Positions 10,032-17,440 are shown, counted from the stretch's first letter. The stretch is DNA of 32,000 bases from Methylorubrum extorquens (GCA_900234795.1 LT962688.1:3780001-3812000); one strand, 5' to 3'. The notes: generated by a model from the letters alone, not told the origin. Numbers and translations: made by a program.

Positions 10032-10256
10032 ATGAGCACCAAGGAAGCCCTGATCGTGCGGACCCTCCACCCGTCCTGCGGCTACTCCGTCTCCGTGGAG
10101 ACGTGGGACGAGCGTGGCCACGACTACCTCGGCTGGCGCCACCGTGACCTCCTCGGCGCCGAGCACGCGTCCGCCCTCGTGGACAGCGAGCGGAAGAGGT
10201 TGGAGCGCGACGGCTACGACGTCGAGATCGACAACCGCGAGGCCTCCGCCGCCTGA
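10032..10256 (+). CDS. Orphan small protein A4 (74 aa)
   Basis: ORF 9888..10256 trimmed to ATG 10032 (GAGGA upstream). Product MSTKEALIVRTLHPSCGYSVSVETWDERGHDYLGW... Confidence 0.55.
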   Translation: MSTKEALIVRTLHPSCGYSVSVETWDERGHDYLGWRHRDLLGAEHASALVDSERKRLERDGYDVEIDNREASAA

Positions 10257-10272
10257 GCCCCGGGCCGGGGCA

Positions 10273-10295
10273 CCCCGCCCCGGCCTCCCGCCATC
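10273..10295 (+). other. Intercistronic GC hairpin (8-bp stem, 7-nt loop)
   Basis: ggccgggg (10273-10280) pairs with ccccggcc (10288-10295). Confidence 0.7.
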
Positions 10296-10313
10296 CTTCC
10301 GAGGACCCCTCCC

Positions 10314-10883
10314 ATGCAGAACCCCGACAACCAAAACCGCGGCACCCCGCTCCCCTGCCTGTTCACCCCGGGCGAGGTCGCGGCCGGCGACGCCGAGCGC
10401 ATCGCCCGCCTCGACCCTGCCCGGCAGCCGACGCTCAGCGACATCCTCAAGGCGTCCGCCCGCCTCGCCTCCATGGCGCCGCCGGAGCCCCCCGCGCGCC
10501 CCTCGGGCGGCCCGACGCTCAGCGTCATCCTGGGCGACCCCGCGCGCCCGGCCAACGACATCGAGCGCGACCGCATCCGGAGCATGCGGCTGGAGACGGC
10601 CGCCACCGCCGCCTCGCTGTCGCCGGGCCTCGTCCGCGTGCTCCTACTGGGCCTGGAGGACATGGGCTACGGCGTGCCGATGTGGGCGCTCAGCGGGATC
10701 ACCTTCCGAAGCCTGGGCTGGTGCCAGCACATGTCCCGGACGCTCAGCCGGTGGGGGCTCGTGACGTACGACCTCCCTGCCGGCGGGACCGACGAGATGG
10801 ACTGGCGAATCCGGCTCACGCCCAGCGGCCGCGCCGTCGCCCGGCACATCATGTCCATCGAGAGCCAGTACCGCCATGTCTAA
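10314..10883 (+). CDS. Orphan protein A5 (189 aa) with C-terminal MarR-like winged helix
   Basis: The C-terminal segment ...LSRWGLVTYDLPAGGTDEMDWRIRLTPSGRAVARHI resembles the recognition helix plus wing of wHTH regulators. Confidence 0.6.
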   Translation: MQNPDNQNRGTPLPCLFTPGEVAAGDAERIARLDPARQPTLSDILKASARLASMAPPEPPARPSGGPTLSVILGDPARPANDIERDRIRSMRLETAATAASLSPGLVRVLLLGLEDMGYGVPMWALSGITFRSLGWCQHMSRTLSRWGLVTYDLPAGGTDEMDWRIRLTPSGRAVARHIMSIESQYRHV

Positions 10884-11400
10884 GGGCCCCGAGAAGACGC
10901 TCGCCGGCCTCATCGCCCGCGTGACCGCCGCCCGCGACGCGGCCGCCGACAAGCCCGCGAAGCCCGAGCGCGAGTGGCGCCACGCCAACCGGGGCGAGGA
11001 GCTCCGGCACGGCATCGGCGGCAAAGGGGGGCCGGCCCTCGACGCGCCCGAGCTCCGGCGCCTGCGCCTCGGCGCCCGCGAGGTCCTGCGCCTCAGCGTG
11101 CTCCTGTATGGCGACCGCCACACGACGGACCTCGCCCGCCTCTGCGGGGAGGACCCCGGTCAGGTCCGCCGCTGGCGCCGCGGCGAGGGCGCGCCTCCCG
11201 GCCGGCTGGCCGTCTGGTCCGTCCGGCGCGAGACGCTGGAGCGCATCGCCGAGCTCCAGGCCGCCGTCGCGGCGCTCGACGCGATCCACCCCCCGGCTCC
11301 CGAGCCCGCGCCCGCCCCGGCGCCCGTGCCTGCCGGGGACCCCCGGCAGGTCGACCTGATCGACTACATCGACGCCCAGAAGTCCAAGGAGACCCTGTGA
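10876..11400 (+). CDS. Orphan protein A6 (174 aa) with HTH-like domain paralogous to A2
   Basis: 8-nt overlap with A5. Motif VLRLSVLLYGDRHTTDLARLCGEDPGQVRRWRRGEGAPP. Confidence 0.6.
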   Translation: MSKGPEKTLAGLIARVTAARDAAADKPAKPEREWRHANRGEELRHGIGGKGGPALDAPELRRLRLGAREVLRLSVLLYGDRHTTDLARLCGEDPGQVRRWRRGEGAPPGRLAVWSVRRETLERIAELQAAVAALDAIHPPAPEPAPAPAPVPAGDPRQVDLIDYIDAQKSKETL

Positions 11401-11783
11401 TGGCCCGCCCCGATCCCCGCCAGCCGTCCATGCTCGATGCCCTGGAGCGCGCCACCCCGACGGTCACCCCGGCCGAGGACGCGAAGGTCCGCGCGTACGT
11501 CGCGGACATCCTCCCCCGCGGCGTGCCGACGTACGTCCGCCGGGTCCTCGCCGTGCGGCCCTACAAGGGCGGGCGCGACCTCATGGGCCCGGCCGATGGC
11601 TTCGAGGCCGACATCGAGGTCTTCGACGGGCGGCCCGCCACCGTCAGGATCTCCGGCCGCCTGGGCGAGGCCGGCTATGCCTGGAGCCTGCCCGAGGGCG
11701 ACGAGGCCTTCTACTGGGACGACCGCCGCTCGGCATGGCGGCGCCTCTCGAAGGCAGAGGCAGCCAAGCGGCGCGCCGCCTAG
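11400..11783 (+). CDS. Orphan protein A7 (127 aa)
   Basis: ORF 10974..11783 trimmed to ATG 11400, which overlaps the A6 stop by 1 nt (TGATG). Coding-like G/C third positions begin only from this ATG. Confidence 0.6.
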   Translation: MARPDPRQPSMLDALERATPTVTPAEDAKVRAYVADILPRGVPTYVRRVLAVRPYKGGRDLMGPADGFEADIEVFDGRPATVRISGRLGEAGYAWSLPEGDEAFYWDDRRSAWRRLSKAEAAKRRAA

Positions 11784-11914
11784 CCCAGCCTGGGCGGGTC
11801 GGCCGAGATCGGCACCCCCCAGATGTCCGTCCGGGTGCCCGGCACCCAGACCCAGGACCGCGACCGCACCGAATCGACGGCCTCGGCCAACGCGGCGTTC
11901 CGGCCGCCCCCCAT
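11780..11914 (-). CDS. Possible small ORF (44 aa)
   Basis: ATG at 11914-11912. Almost every third position is G/C (MGGGRNAALAEAVDSVRSRSWVWVPGTRTDIWGVPISADPPRLG). It lies in the same frame as the overextended relaxase ORF. Confidence 0.3.
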   Translation of the reverse strand: MGGGRNAALAEAVDSVRSRSWVWVPGTRTDIWGVPISADPPRLG

Positions 11915-11919
11915 GAGCC

Positions 11920-12159
11920 TCAGGCGTGCTCGGAGACGCGCGGCGCCCGGGCGAGCGATGATACGTGCGAGTGCATCGCCGACACCACGCTCCCCGTGTC
12001 GTCGACCGTCGCCGTCAGTGCGTCCAGGGCCTCCACGAGGCTCCGCTCCGCCGGCGTCTCCTCGGGCGCCAGCGCCGTCACGAGCGCCTCCAGGAGCCGC
12101 CTGATCACGGCCTGCTCCGCGATGATCTGATCCAGCCTGCTGTCCATGTCCGTCTCCAT
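11920..12159 (-). CDS. Small acidic protein (79 aa) directly downstream of, and overlapping, the relaxase ORF
   Basis: ORF-track 11920..12159. Its G/C third-position bias is much stronger than that of the overlapping relaxase-frame tail. An in-frame TAG lies just upstream of its ATG. Confidence 0.5.
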   Translation of the reverse strand: METDMDSRLDQIIAEQAVIRRLLEALVTALAPEETPAERSLVEALDALTATVDDTGSVVSAMHSHVSSLARAPRVSEHA

Positions 12160-12163
12160 GATG

Positions 12164-13012
12164 CTTGAGGTCTAGGCCCGCCAGCCACTCGCGCACGGCG
12201 GCCGCGGGGATGCGTGTGCCGTCCTGCTGGCGGGCCGCGGCCCCCACGAGGCGGGTGGCCAGGTGAGCCGTGCCCGTGGCGTCGACGACGACGGGTCCGG
12301 AGCGCCCCTCGCGCAGGGACAGGCCGCGCCGGCGCAGGGCCTCCAGGAATTCGGGGCCGTCCGTCGACTCCCGCCAGGCTGCCAGGGCGGCCGCCCGCAG
12401 GTCGTCGAGGCTGACCCCGGTGCGCTCCTGGATGAGGCGCTCCTGCGGGCTCAGCCGGGCCACCGGCCGCTGGGCCGTCGTCGTCCCGGAGGCCTCCATC
12501 CACGCCGCCACGTCCTCGCGCCCGGCCTCGCGCAGGGCCTTCACGATGGCCCTGGAGTGCTTGGACGGCGTCGGGCGCGGCATGCCGAACTCGAACTCCA
12601 CCGTCCTCGCGACGCGCTCCCGGCGGGCGAAGTCGAAGCCGACGTCTGCGACGGCGCCGCTCGGGTGCACGAGGCTGTAGACCCGGTGCTCGTGCTTCCG
12701 GTCATGCTTGACGTGGACGGCCCCGCAGTAGGGCTGCGACCCGAGCCCGAACTCGGCCTCGAACAGTTGCCAGAACCGCGCCCGGGCGCCGTCGTTGTCC
12801 GCGACCGCGAGGTCCGGGTCGCAGTGCACGTGGTAGACTGGGCGGTCTGTCCGGCCGCCGAGGCTCAGGGCGACGAGCTCGCGGACCTGCCCGACGAGAT
12901 CCCGGGAGCCGAGGCCTCGGGGCTGGAGGACGATGACTTGCTCGTTCTCCGGCTTGAGCAGGTGCCGGGCGAGGGCGTCGCCGCCCACGCCCCGCATGGC
13001 GCCGGAGATCAT
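12164..13012 (-). CDS. MobA/VirD2-family relaxase (relaxase domain; true 3' end unresolved because the track ORF runs on to 11780)
   Basis: The N-terminus MISGAMRGVGGDALARHLL fits the MIxxxxRGxGGxxLxxxL opening of this relaxase family. The His cluster HVKHDRKHEH is a candidate 3-His metal motif. GGAGG lies 7 nt upstream of ATG 13012, and there is an ATGA overlap with the upstream gene. Confidence 0.7.
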
Positions 13013-13263
13013 CGGCGCGCCTCCGCGATGGCCACGGAAGCCCAGTACAGGGCGCAGATCGGAAGGGCCGCAATGGCGCCCATCACGGCGCCCGGCACTG
13101 CCGTCAGGAGCCCGGCGCCTGCCCCGAAGAAAAGACCCGAGAGGGCATCGCTGGCAGAGCCCCAGACCTGATTGAACGCGAGGCCGGCCATCGTCACGGC
13201 GCCAAGCGCGGCCATCACGAGGAGCGTGGCGCTGGACCATGCCGTGGCAGTACGCTCGGTCAT
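13009..13263 (-). CDS. Small membrane protein (84 aa, two hydrophobic helices) within the mob operon
   Basis: ORF 13009..13497 trimmed to ATG 13263 (GGGGAGG upstream). ATGA overlaps at both ends (13260-13263 and 13009-13012). Confidence 0.5.
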   Translation of the reverse strand: MTERTATAWSSATLLVMAALGAVTMAGLAFNQVWGSASDALSGLFFGAGAGLLTAVPGAVMGAIAALPICALYWASVAIAEARR

Positions 13264-13748
13264 GCCGACCTCCCCAGGTTGACGCAGAGCGGGATCAGGA
13301 CAGCGCGCACGCGGTCCAGCCCCTCCAGGACCTCGGTCGCCTTGCCGAGGCTGGCCGGCCCATGCAGGGCGCCGATCTCGCGGACGACGCCCGAGAGGGC
13401 TTCGAGCTCGGCGGGCGGGATACGCGGCCGGGGGCCACTGGCAGCGTCGACGGCGCTTTCCATGCCGAGGCGGTCGAGGGCGACCTGGCGCAGCCACGCG
13501 CTGTCCGAGAGCCGCTCCATCTGCGCGGCCACCGCGATGCGGGCGCGCAGGTCGTGGCTCAGTTTGACCCCCAGCACACTGGGCAGGGGCCTCATCGGCG
13601 GAGCCTTGCCGGGGTCCACGGGGCGGAGCCCCTGGCTAGCCGAGACCGCGGAGACGGGCTCTCTGGAGGGGCGTTGCCCCTCCATGGCTGGCTTAACCCT
13701 ACCTTCCGTCTGATGGGGCAACCCACCCGGCACAACCGTCGTATCCAT
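13260..13748 (-). CDS. Ribbon-helix-helix relaxosome accessory protein (MobC-like), 162 aa
   Basis: ATG 13748 is preceded by GGGGAGG. RHH-like VLGVKLSHDLRARIAVAAQMERLSDSAWLRQVALDRL. It sits immediately upstream of the relaxase operon partners. Confidence 0.55.
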   Translation of the reverse strand: MDTTVVPGGLPHQTEGRVKPAMEGQRPSREPVSAVSASQGLRPVDPGKAPPMRPLPSVLGVKLSHDLRARIAVAAQMERLSDSAWLRQVALDRLGMESAVDAASGPRPRIPPAELEALSGVVREIGALHGPASLGKATEVLEGLDRVRAVLIPLCVNLGRSA

Positions 13749-13762
13749 GTCTGCCTCCCCTG

Positions 13763-14502
13763 TCACCGCTTCGGCCCGGAGCCGTTCTCAGGCTCCTCCT
13801 CGGGCTCCTCAGGCGCGCGCTGGGGACCGGCGGGCGGGGCTGCCGGGGAGCGCTGCCTGCCGGACCCGCCCCGCCTCCCGTGCCCCCCATGGTGCCGTTG
13901 CCCCCGCCGCCATGACGCCGGGCTGCCTGGTCCGCCAACCGCTTGGCGCGCTCCTCCCTGAGTGCGGCGAGGCGGGCTTCGACGGTCTCCGGGACGCCCA
14001 GGAGATCGGGGAGCCTGTCCCCGGTCCGCAGGGCCATCGAGCGGGCCTTGTCGATGGCGGCGAGGCCGTCCTCCCACGTCGTCAGGTCCGTCTCGGTCTG
14101 GCGGGTCAGGTGGTTCCGGTACGCCAGGGTGCGGGTGCGGTCGCCCTGCTGCGAGAGCGGGAGGACGGCGACCCGGCGGCCGGCGACGTAGACGGCGCGG
14201 ACGTACTGCCCGACCTCCGCGAGCCTGCTCATGGCGAGGTAGAGCTCCTCGGCGCTGGGCTGCGTGGAGTGCGGGTCGAACGACCTGGTCACCAGGGCGA
14301 CGTCGGCCGCGAACCGGGCATTCGGGTCCGGCCGCAGGGCGAGGGCCTGCTCGCGGAGATCGTTGCGCCGGGCTGCGGCCGCATCGAGCGGGACAACCGG
14401 GGCAACCGCTCGATGCGGGGCCGGGGCAACCCGCCGGGCGGAGGGAGGCCGCGGCCTGGGCGCCGGGGTGAGGCCGAAGAGGGTGGCGATGGTCCTGAGC
14501 AT
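13763..14502 (-). CDS. Hypothetical protein with an apparent frame change near its 3' end (track frame ends 13699; coding-like alternative frame ends TGA 13763)
   Basis: ATG 14502 (MLRTIATLFGL...). After ...RRHGGGGNGTMGGTGGGAGPAGS the track frame loses its G/C third-position bias. The neighbouring frame reads APEEPEEEPENGSGPKR* with strong bias and stops just before the RBS of the next gene. Confidence 0.45.
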
Positions 14503-14751
14503 GGGCGGGCAGTCCTGTGTTTGCGTTGTCCCTCCATGGATTGTGCGTGCCGCGACCGCCGCCACCAGAGCGAGTTGCTCCGGAGGCCTCGGGAAGGCTC
14601 ATCAAGCGCCCTGGACGGCCCGAAACGGGGTCCCGGCCCCGCCCGGCAGGGGCTCGGAGGGCCTCCGGGACCCCGAAACCGGGGTGCCGCCGACGAATCG
14701 CTCCGCGCGTCCGTCGATTTCGCTTGTCCCTTGCCCGGTGCGCCCGCGCGG

Positions 14752-14796
14752 GGACGCACGTCGGCCCACGAGAGACCGACGGTGGACGCACGTCGG
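14752..14796. repeat. Exact 13-bp direct repeat GGACGCACGTCGG x2 (14752-14764 and 14784-14796), with an overlapping 7-bp inverted repeat (14775-14781 / 14791-14797)
   Basis: Read directly from the sequence. It lies in the divergent intergenic region between the mob operon and the nine-gene cassette. Confidence 0.9.
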
Positions 14797-14915
14797 TACC
14801 TGTGCGCCCACCAAACTGAACGTTTGTTCAGAAACGGGGCCGCGGCGGCCTGGGCCTGGTGGCGGCGGTCCCCGGGGGTGACGATCACCAGGTCACCCAC
14901 CACCGGAACACGCAG

Positions 14916-15134
14916 ATGGCATACAGGCTCACCGACTGGACCCCGCTCACGGATCAGGACGCCGAGGTCCGGCACCTAGTCGAGGTGGACGAGGGATGCG
15001 ACTGGGACGGCGAGGACGTCATCGCGACGTTCTGCCGGACCGAGATCGGCGAGCGTCTCGCCGATGCCGCCCTGGCGCTGGTCAACGGGACGGTTGCCCT
15101 GACCGGCACCCTGCCTGCGGGGACTGCGTCGTGA
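14916..15134 (+). CDS. Orphan small protein B1 (72 aa; start uncertain, GTG 14859 also possible)
   Basis: G/C third-position bias. Its stop overlaps the GTG start of B2 (GTGA at 15131-15134). Confidence 0.5.
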   Translation: MAYRLTDWTPLTDQDAEVRHLVEVDEGCDWDGEDVIATFCRTEIGERLADAALALVNGTVALTGTLPAGTAS

Positions 15135-15310
15135 TCGCCGAAGCCCTCCTCCTGGCCTGCCTCGCCGTCGGCGTGGTCGCCTCGGGGGCCATGGCCCTCG
15201 CCGGCGTCCGTGCCCGACCCCGCGCCCCGGTCGACGTCGCTGGGGCCGTCGCCGGCGCGATGCTGGCCCTCGCCTGCGCCGCGGCCGGCGCCAGCGTCCT
15301 CGGCGTCTGA
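15131..15310 (+). CDS. Orphan small membrane protein B2 (59 aa)
   Basis: GTG start overlapping the B1 stop. Two hydrophobic segments: IAEALLLACLAVGVVASGAMALAG and VAGAVAGAMLALACAAAGASVLGV. Confidence 0.5.
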   Translation: MIAEALLLACLAVGVVASGAMALAGVRARPRAPVDVAGAVAGAMLALACAAAGASVLGV

Positions 15311-15320
15311 GGGGAGCGTC

Positions 15321-15671
15321 ATGGCATCGCTGATGAAACCCTACTCGGACGGCGACTACGTCATCGGCCCCGGGCAGGCCTTCTTCGTCGTCTCGTCCCC
15401 CGCGCGGGAGCCGGGGATCTCCATCCGGCGACGTCGCCGGCTGCGCGGCAGGCGGAAGGCCGAACTCCGGGCGACCGGCCTGCCCGAGGATGGGATCGTG
15501 CCCCTGGGCGAGGTCTCCCTCGTGCGGCCTCGGTACCCGGACCCGGAGTGGCTGGAGGCGCGCCAGGCGGCGACCGCCAGCCTGACGGCCGAGGAGATCG
15601 AGGCCCATCGCAACGCGGTGCTGGGAGGCATGCTCGCCTCCCGCCACATGACCTTGGGAGGCTCGGCGTGA
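15321..15671 (+). CDS. Orphan protein B3 (116 aa, Arg-rich centre)
   Basis: ORF 15210..15671 trimmed to ATG 15321 (GAGGGGAG upstream). Only a 10-nt gap after B2. Confidence 0.55.
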   Translation: MASLMKPYSDGDYVIGPGQAFFVVSSPAREPGISIRRRRRLRGRRKAELRATGLPEDGIVPLGEVSLVRPRYPDPEWLEARQAATASLTAEEIEAHRNAVLGGMLASRHMTLGGSA

Positions 15672-15853
15672 CGGACCCCTGGGAGATCCGCGAGGCGATG
15701 GTGTCCGAACTGAGGGGTGAACCCATCCGCACGATGGACCACCTCCAGAACGAGGTCGTTCGGCAAGTCCGGTTCCGGCACGGCGGGGCTCCTCACTCTG
15801 GCAACCGCAAGGCGCGCAGGGCGGCCGCCGCGAAGGAGAGGAGGAAGGCATGA
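15668..15853 (+). CDS. Orphan small protein B4 (61 aa, basic C-terminus)
   Basis: GTG 15668 overlaps the B3 stop (GTGA). GGAGG lies 6 nt upstream. Confidence 0.5.
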   Translation: MTDPWEIREAMVSELRGEPIRTMDHLQNEVVRQVRFRHGGAPHSGNRKARRAAAAKERRKA

Positions 15854-16095
15854 CGTGCATCCGCACCGACATGCTCGACTTCCCGACGGCGTGGGAGATC
15901 CAGCGCCGCGGCGGGCTCACGCACCATCCGCGCTGCTCCTCCGTTCCGGGCTGGCATCCCATGTCCGGCCCGGGCTTCCTCTGCGACTGCGACGCCGTTC
16001 CGAACGCCTGGAAGCTCGCCGTCGAGCGGTCCCGCGTCGCGGCCACCCCCACTCGCGACGCCGAACTCCCGGCGTGCGGCTCATTCCACGGCTGA
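15850..16095 (+). CDS. Orphan small protein B5 (81 aa, Cys/His-rich)
   Basis: ATGA overlap with B4. GAGAGGAGGAAGG upstream. Contains HHPRC...CDCD...C..FH. Confidence 0.55.
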   Translation: MTCIRTDMLDFPTAWEIQRRGGLTHHPRCSSVPGWHPMSGPGFLCDCDAVPNAWKLAVERSRVAATPTRDAELPACGSFHG

Positions 16096-16102
16096 GGACA
16101 GC

Positions 16103-16453
16103 ATGACCACCAACCCCATCGCCCTCGCCAAGATCGGCGAATGGACGTTTGCCTGCGGTGACCCGCCGGAGGTCCTCGTTCGGGAGCTTTCCGCGCTCGG
16201 GTTCGTCATCCTGCCAGGCGGCACGGTCGAGGCCCTGTCCGACGCCATGTGGCAGTTGCTCGACGACATGGGCGCTGGCCACACGTGCGTCTGCCTGGCC
16301 GCGAAGGCCAAGGCCCGGGTCGCCTACGAGCCCTTCCGCTTCGACGCCGACGGCGAGGAAGCCCCCCTCGACTACACCTTGGAAGCCGCGCAGGCGGTGG
16401 TGTCCGATCTGGAATGGCAGCATGCCCGAATGGCTGGGAGGGACCGGGCATGA
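16103..16453 (+). CDS. Orphan protein B6 (116 aa)
   Basis: ORF-track 16103..16453. GAGGA upstream. 7-nt gap after B5. Confidence 0.55.
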   Translation: MTTNPIALAKIGEWTFACGDPPEVLVRELSALGFVILPGGTVEALSDAMWQLLDDMGAGHTCVCLAAKAKARVAYEPFRFDADGEEAPLDYTLEAAQAVVSDLEWQHARMAGRDRA

Positions 16454-16749
16454 TGGACAACGGCACCTTCGTCTGCCCCGACCCTGGCCCGCTCGCCCGC
16501 GAGGCCCTCGACGTGATCGGGCTGCCGTCCGACGTCCCCGAGGTCCGGATCGAGCTCCGGACCAACCTGGTGACCGTCAACGGCCGCCGGGTGACGCCGG
16601 CGGACGCGACGCTCGTCCGGAACGCCGTGGTCTGCGACCCGCACCCGTCTGGGCCGGAGCCCCGTGAGCGGGACCTGGAGTTCGTGCGGCGCGCCCTGGT
16701 GATCCGGGCGCTGCTCAACGTGCCGGCCGGGGCGGAGGGGGAGGACTGA
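16450..16749 (+). CDS. Orphan protein B7 (99 aa)
   Basis: ORF 16249..16749 trimmed to ATG 16450, which overlaps the B6 stop (ATGA). Confidence 0.55.
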   Translation: MMDNGTFVCPDPGPLAREALDVIGLPSDVPEVRIELRTNLVTVNGRRVTPADATLVRNAVVCDPHPSGPEPRERDLEFVRRALVIRALLNVPAGAEGED

Positions 16750-16750
16750 C

Positions 16751-17182
16751 ATGCGCGTCGTCGGCTGGACCGAGTTCGTGAAGATGCCCCGGGGCACCGT
16801 GTTCCAGACGAAGGAGCCGGAGCGCATCGAGTGGAGCGACCTGCGGGTGCTCGACGAGGCCTGGGCCTTCGAGGAGGGCGGCGACTTCCGCGACGCAAGC
16901 CTGCTGCCGGAGATCTCCGGCATCCAATGGGACCACACCGTGCCCAAGGCCGAGTTCACCGACGACGAGCTCCGCCGGGACGACTTCACGGTCTTCCCTG
17001 GCAGCATCAGCCGGGACGGCCTGTTCGAGTACGACCGGCTCTGGCTCATCTGGGAGCGGGAGGACCTGGAGCGCCTCGCAGGGTGGCTCCTGAACCCCGT
17101 CAGCGCCCTGACGGCAATCGGTTGCGGGGCCGGGGTCATCGCCCTCCCGATGCCGGCCGGCGCCACGGGGGACGAGGCGTGA
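16751..17182 (+). CDS. Orphan protein B8 (143 aa)
   Basis: ORF-track 16751..17182. GGGGGAGG upstream. 1-nt gap after B7. Confidence 0.6.
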   Translation: MRVVGWTEFVKMPRGTVFQTKEPERIEWSDLRVLDEAWAFEEGGDFRDASLLPEISGIQWDHTVPKAEFTDDELRRDDFTVFPGSISRDGLFEYDRLWLIWEREDLERLAGWLLNPVSALTAIGCGAGVIALPMPAGATGDEA

Positions 17183-17415
17183 TGGACGAGGCCGAACGCC
17201 ATGCGGACTGGTGCCGTCGGTACAGGGCCTCCGACGACTGGAAGCGGGTCTCGGCGCAGATCGAGGCGCGCAAGGCCGAGGCGCTGGGGGGCCCGGGCCC
17301 TTGCGCGCTCGATGACCTCCAGGTCGTCGCCGAGGTCGCCGCCATCGTCCAGCGCGGCGAGGGTCCGGAGGCTGCCCTACGCTTCCTTCACGACGCCGGC
17401 TTCGTCCGGGAGTGA
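17182..17415 (+). CDS. Orphan small protein B9 (77 aa)
   Basis: ORF 16831..17415 trimmed to ATG 17182, which shares its A with the B8 stop (TGATG). Confidence 0.5.
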   Translation: MDEAERHADWCRRYRASDDWKRVSAQIEARKAEALGGPGPCALDDLQVVAEVAAIVQRGEGPEAALRFLHDAGFVRE

Positions 17416-17420
17416 CGCGA

Positions 17421-17440
17421 GGCCCCGGTTGCCCGGGGCC
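17421..17440. terminator. GC hairpin between convergent genes B9 and ardC (8-bp stem, 4-nt loop)
   Basis: ggccccgg (17421-17428) pairs with ccggggcc (17433-17440). No U-tract. Confidence 0.4.

Noticed and set aside
8645-10042. 465-aa minus-strand ORF, and other long Arg/Gly/Pro-rich ORFs in the island (5828..6997 +, 6759..7640 +, 13747..14979 +, 13763..14791 -, 14976..16052 -, 16206..17452 -)
   Set aside because: These are shadow frames of the compact operons on the opposite strand or in another frame, with poor third-position bias and low-complexity products. Only the last ~20 codons of the 13763..14791 frame look genuinely coding, and I used those in the frameshift interpretation.
14738-14745. 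Treating the GTGCGCCC octamer alone as proof of the nick site
   Set aside because: An 8-mer of this composition is expected several times by chance in 32 kb of GC-rich DNA. It is retained only as supporting context within the oriT-candidate finding.
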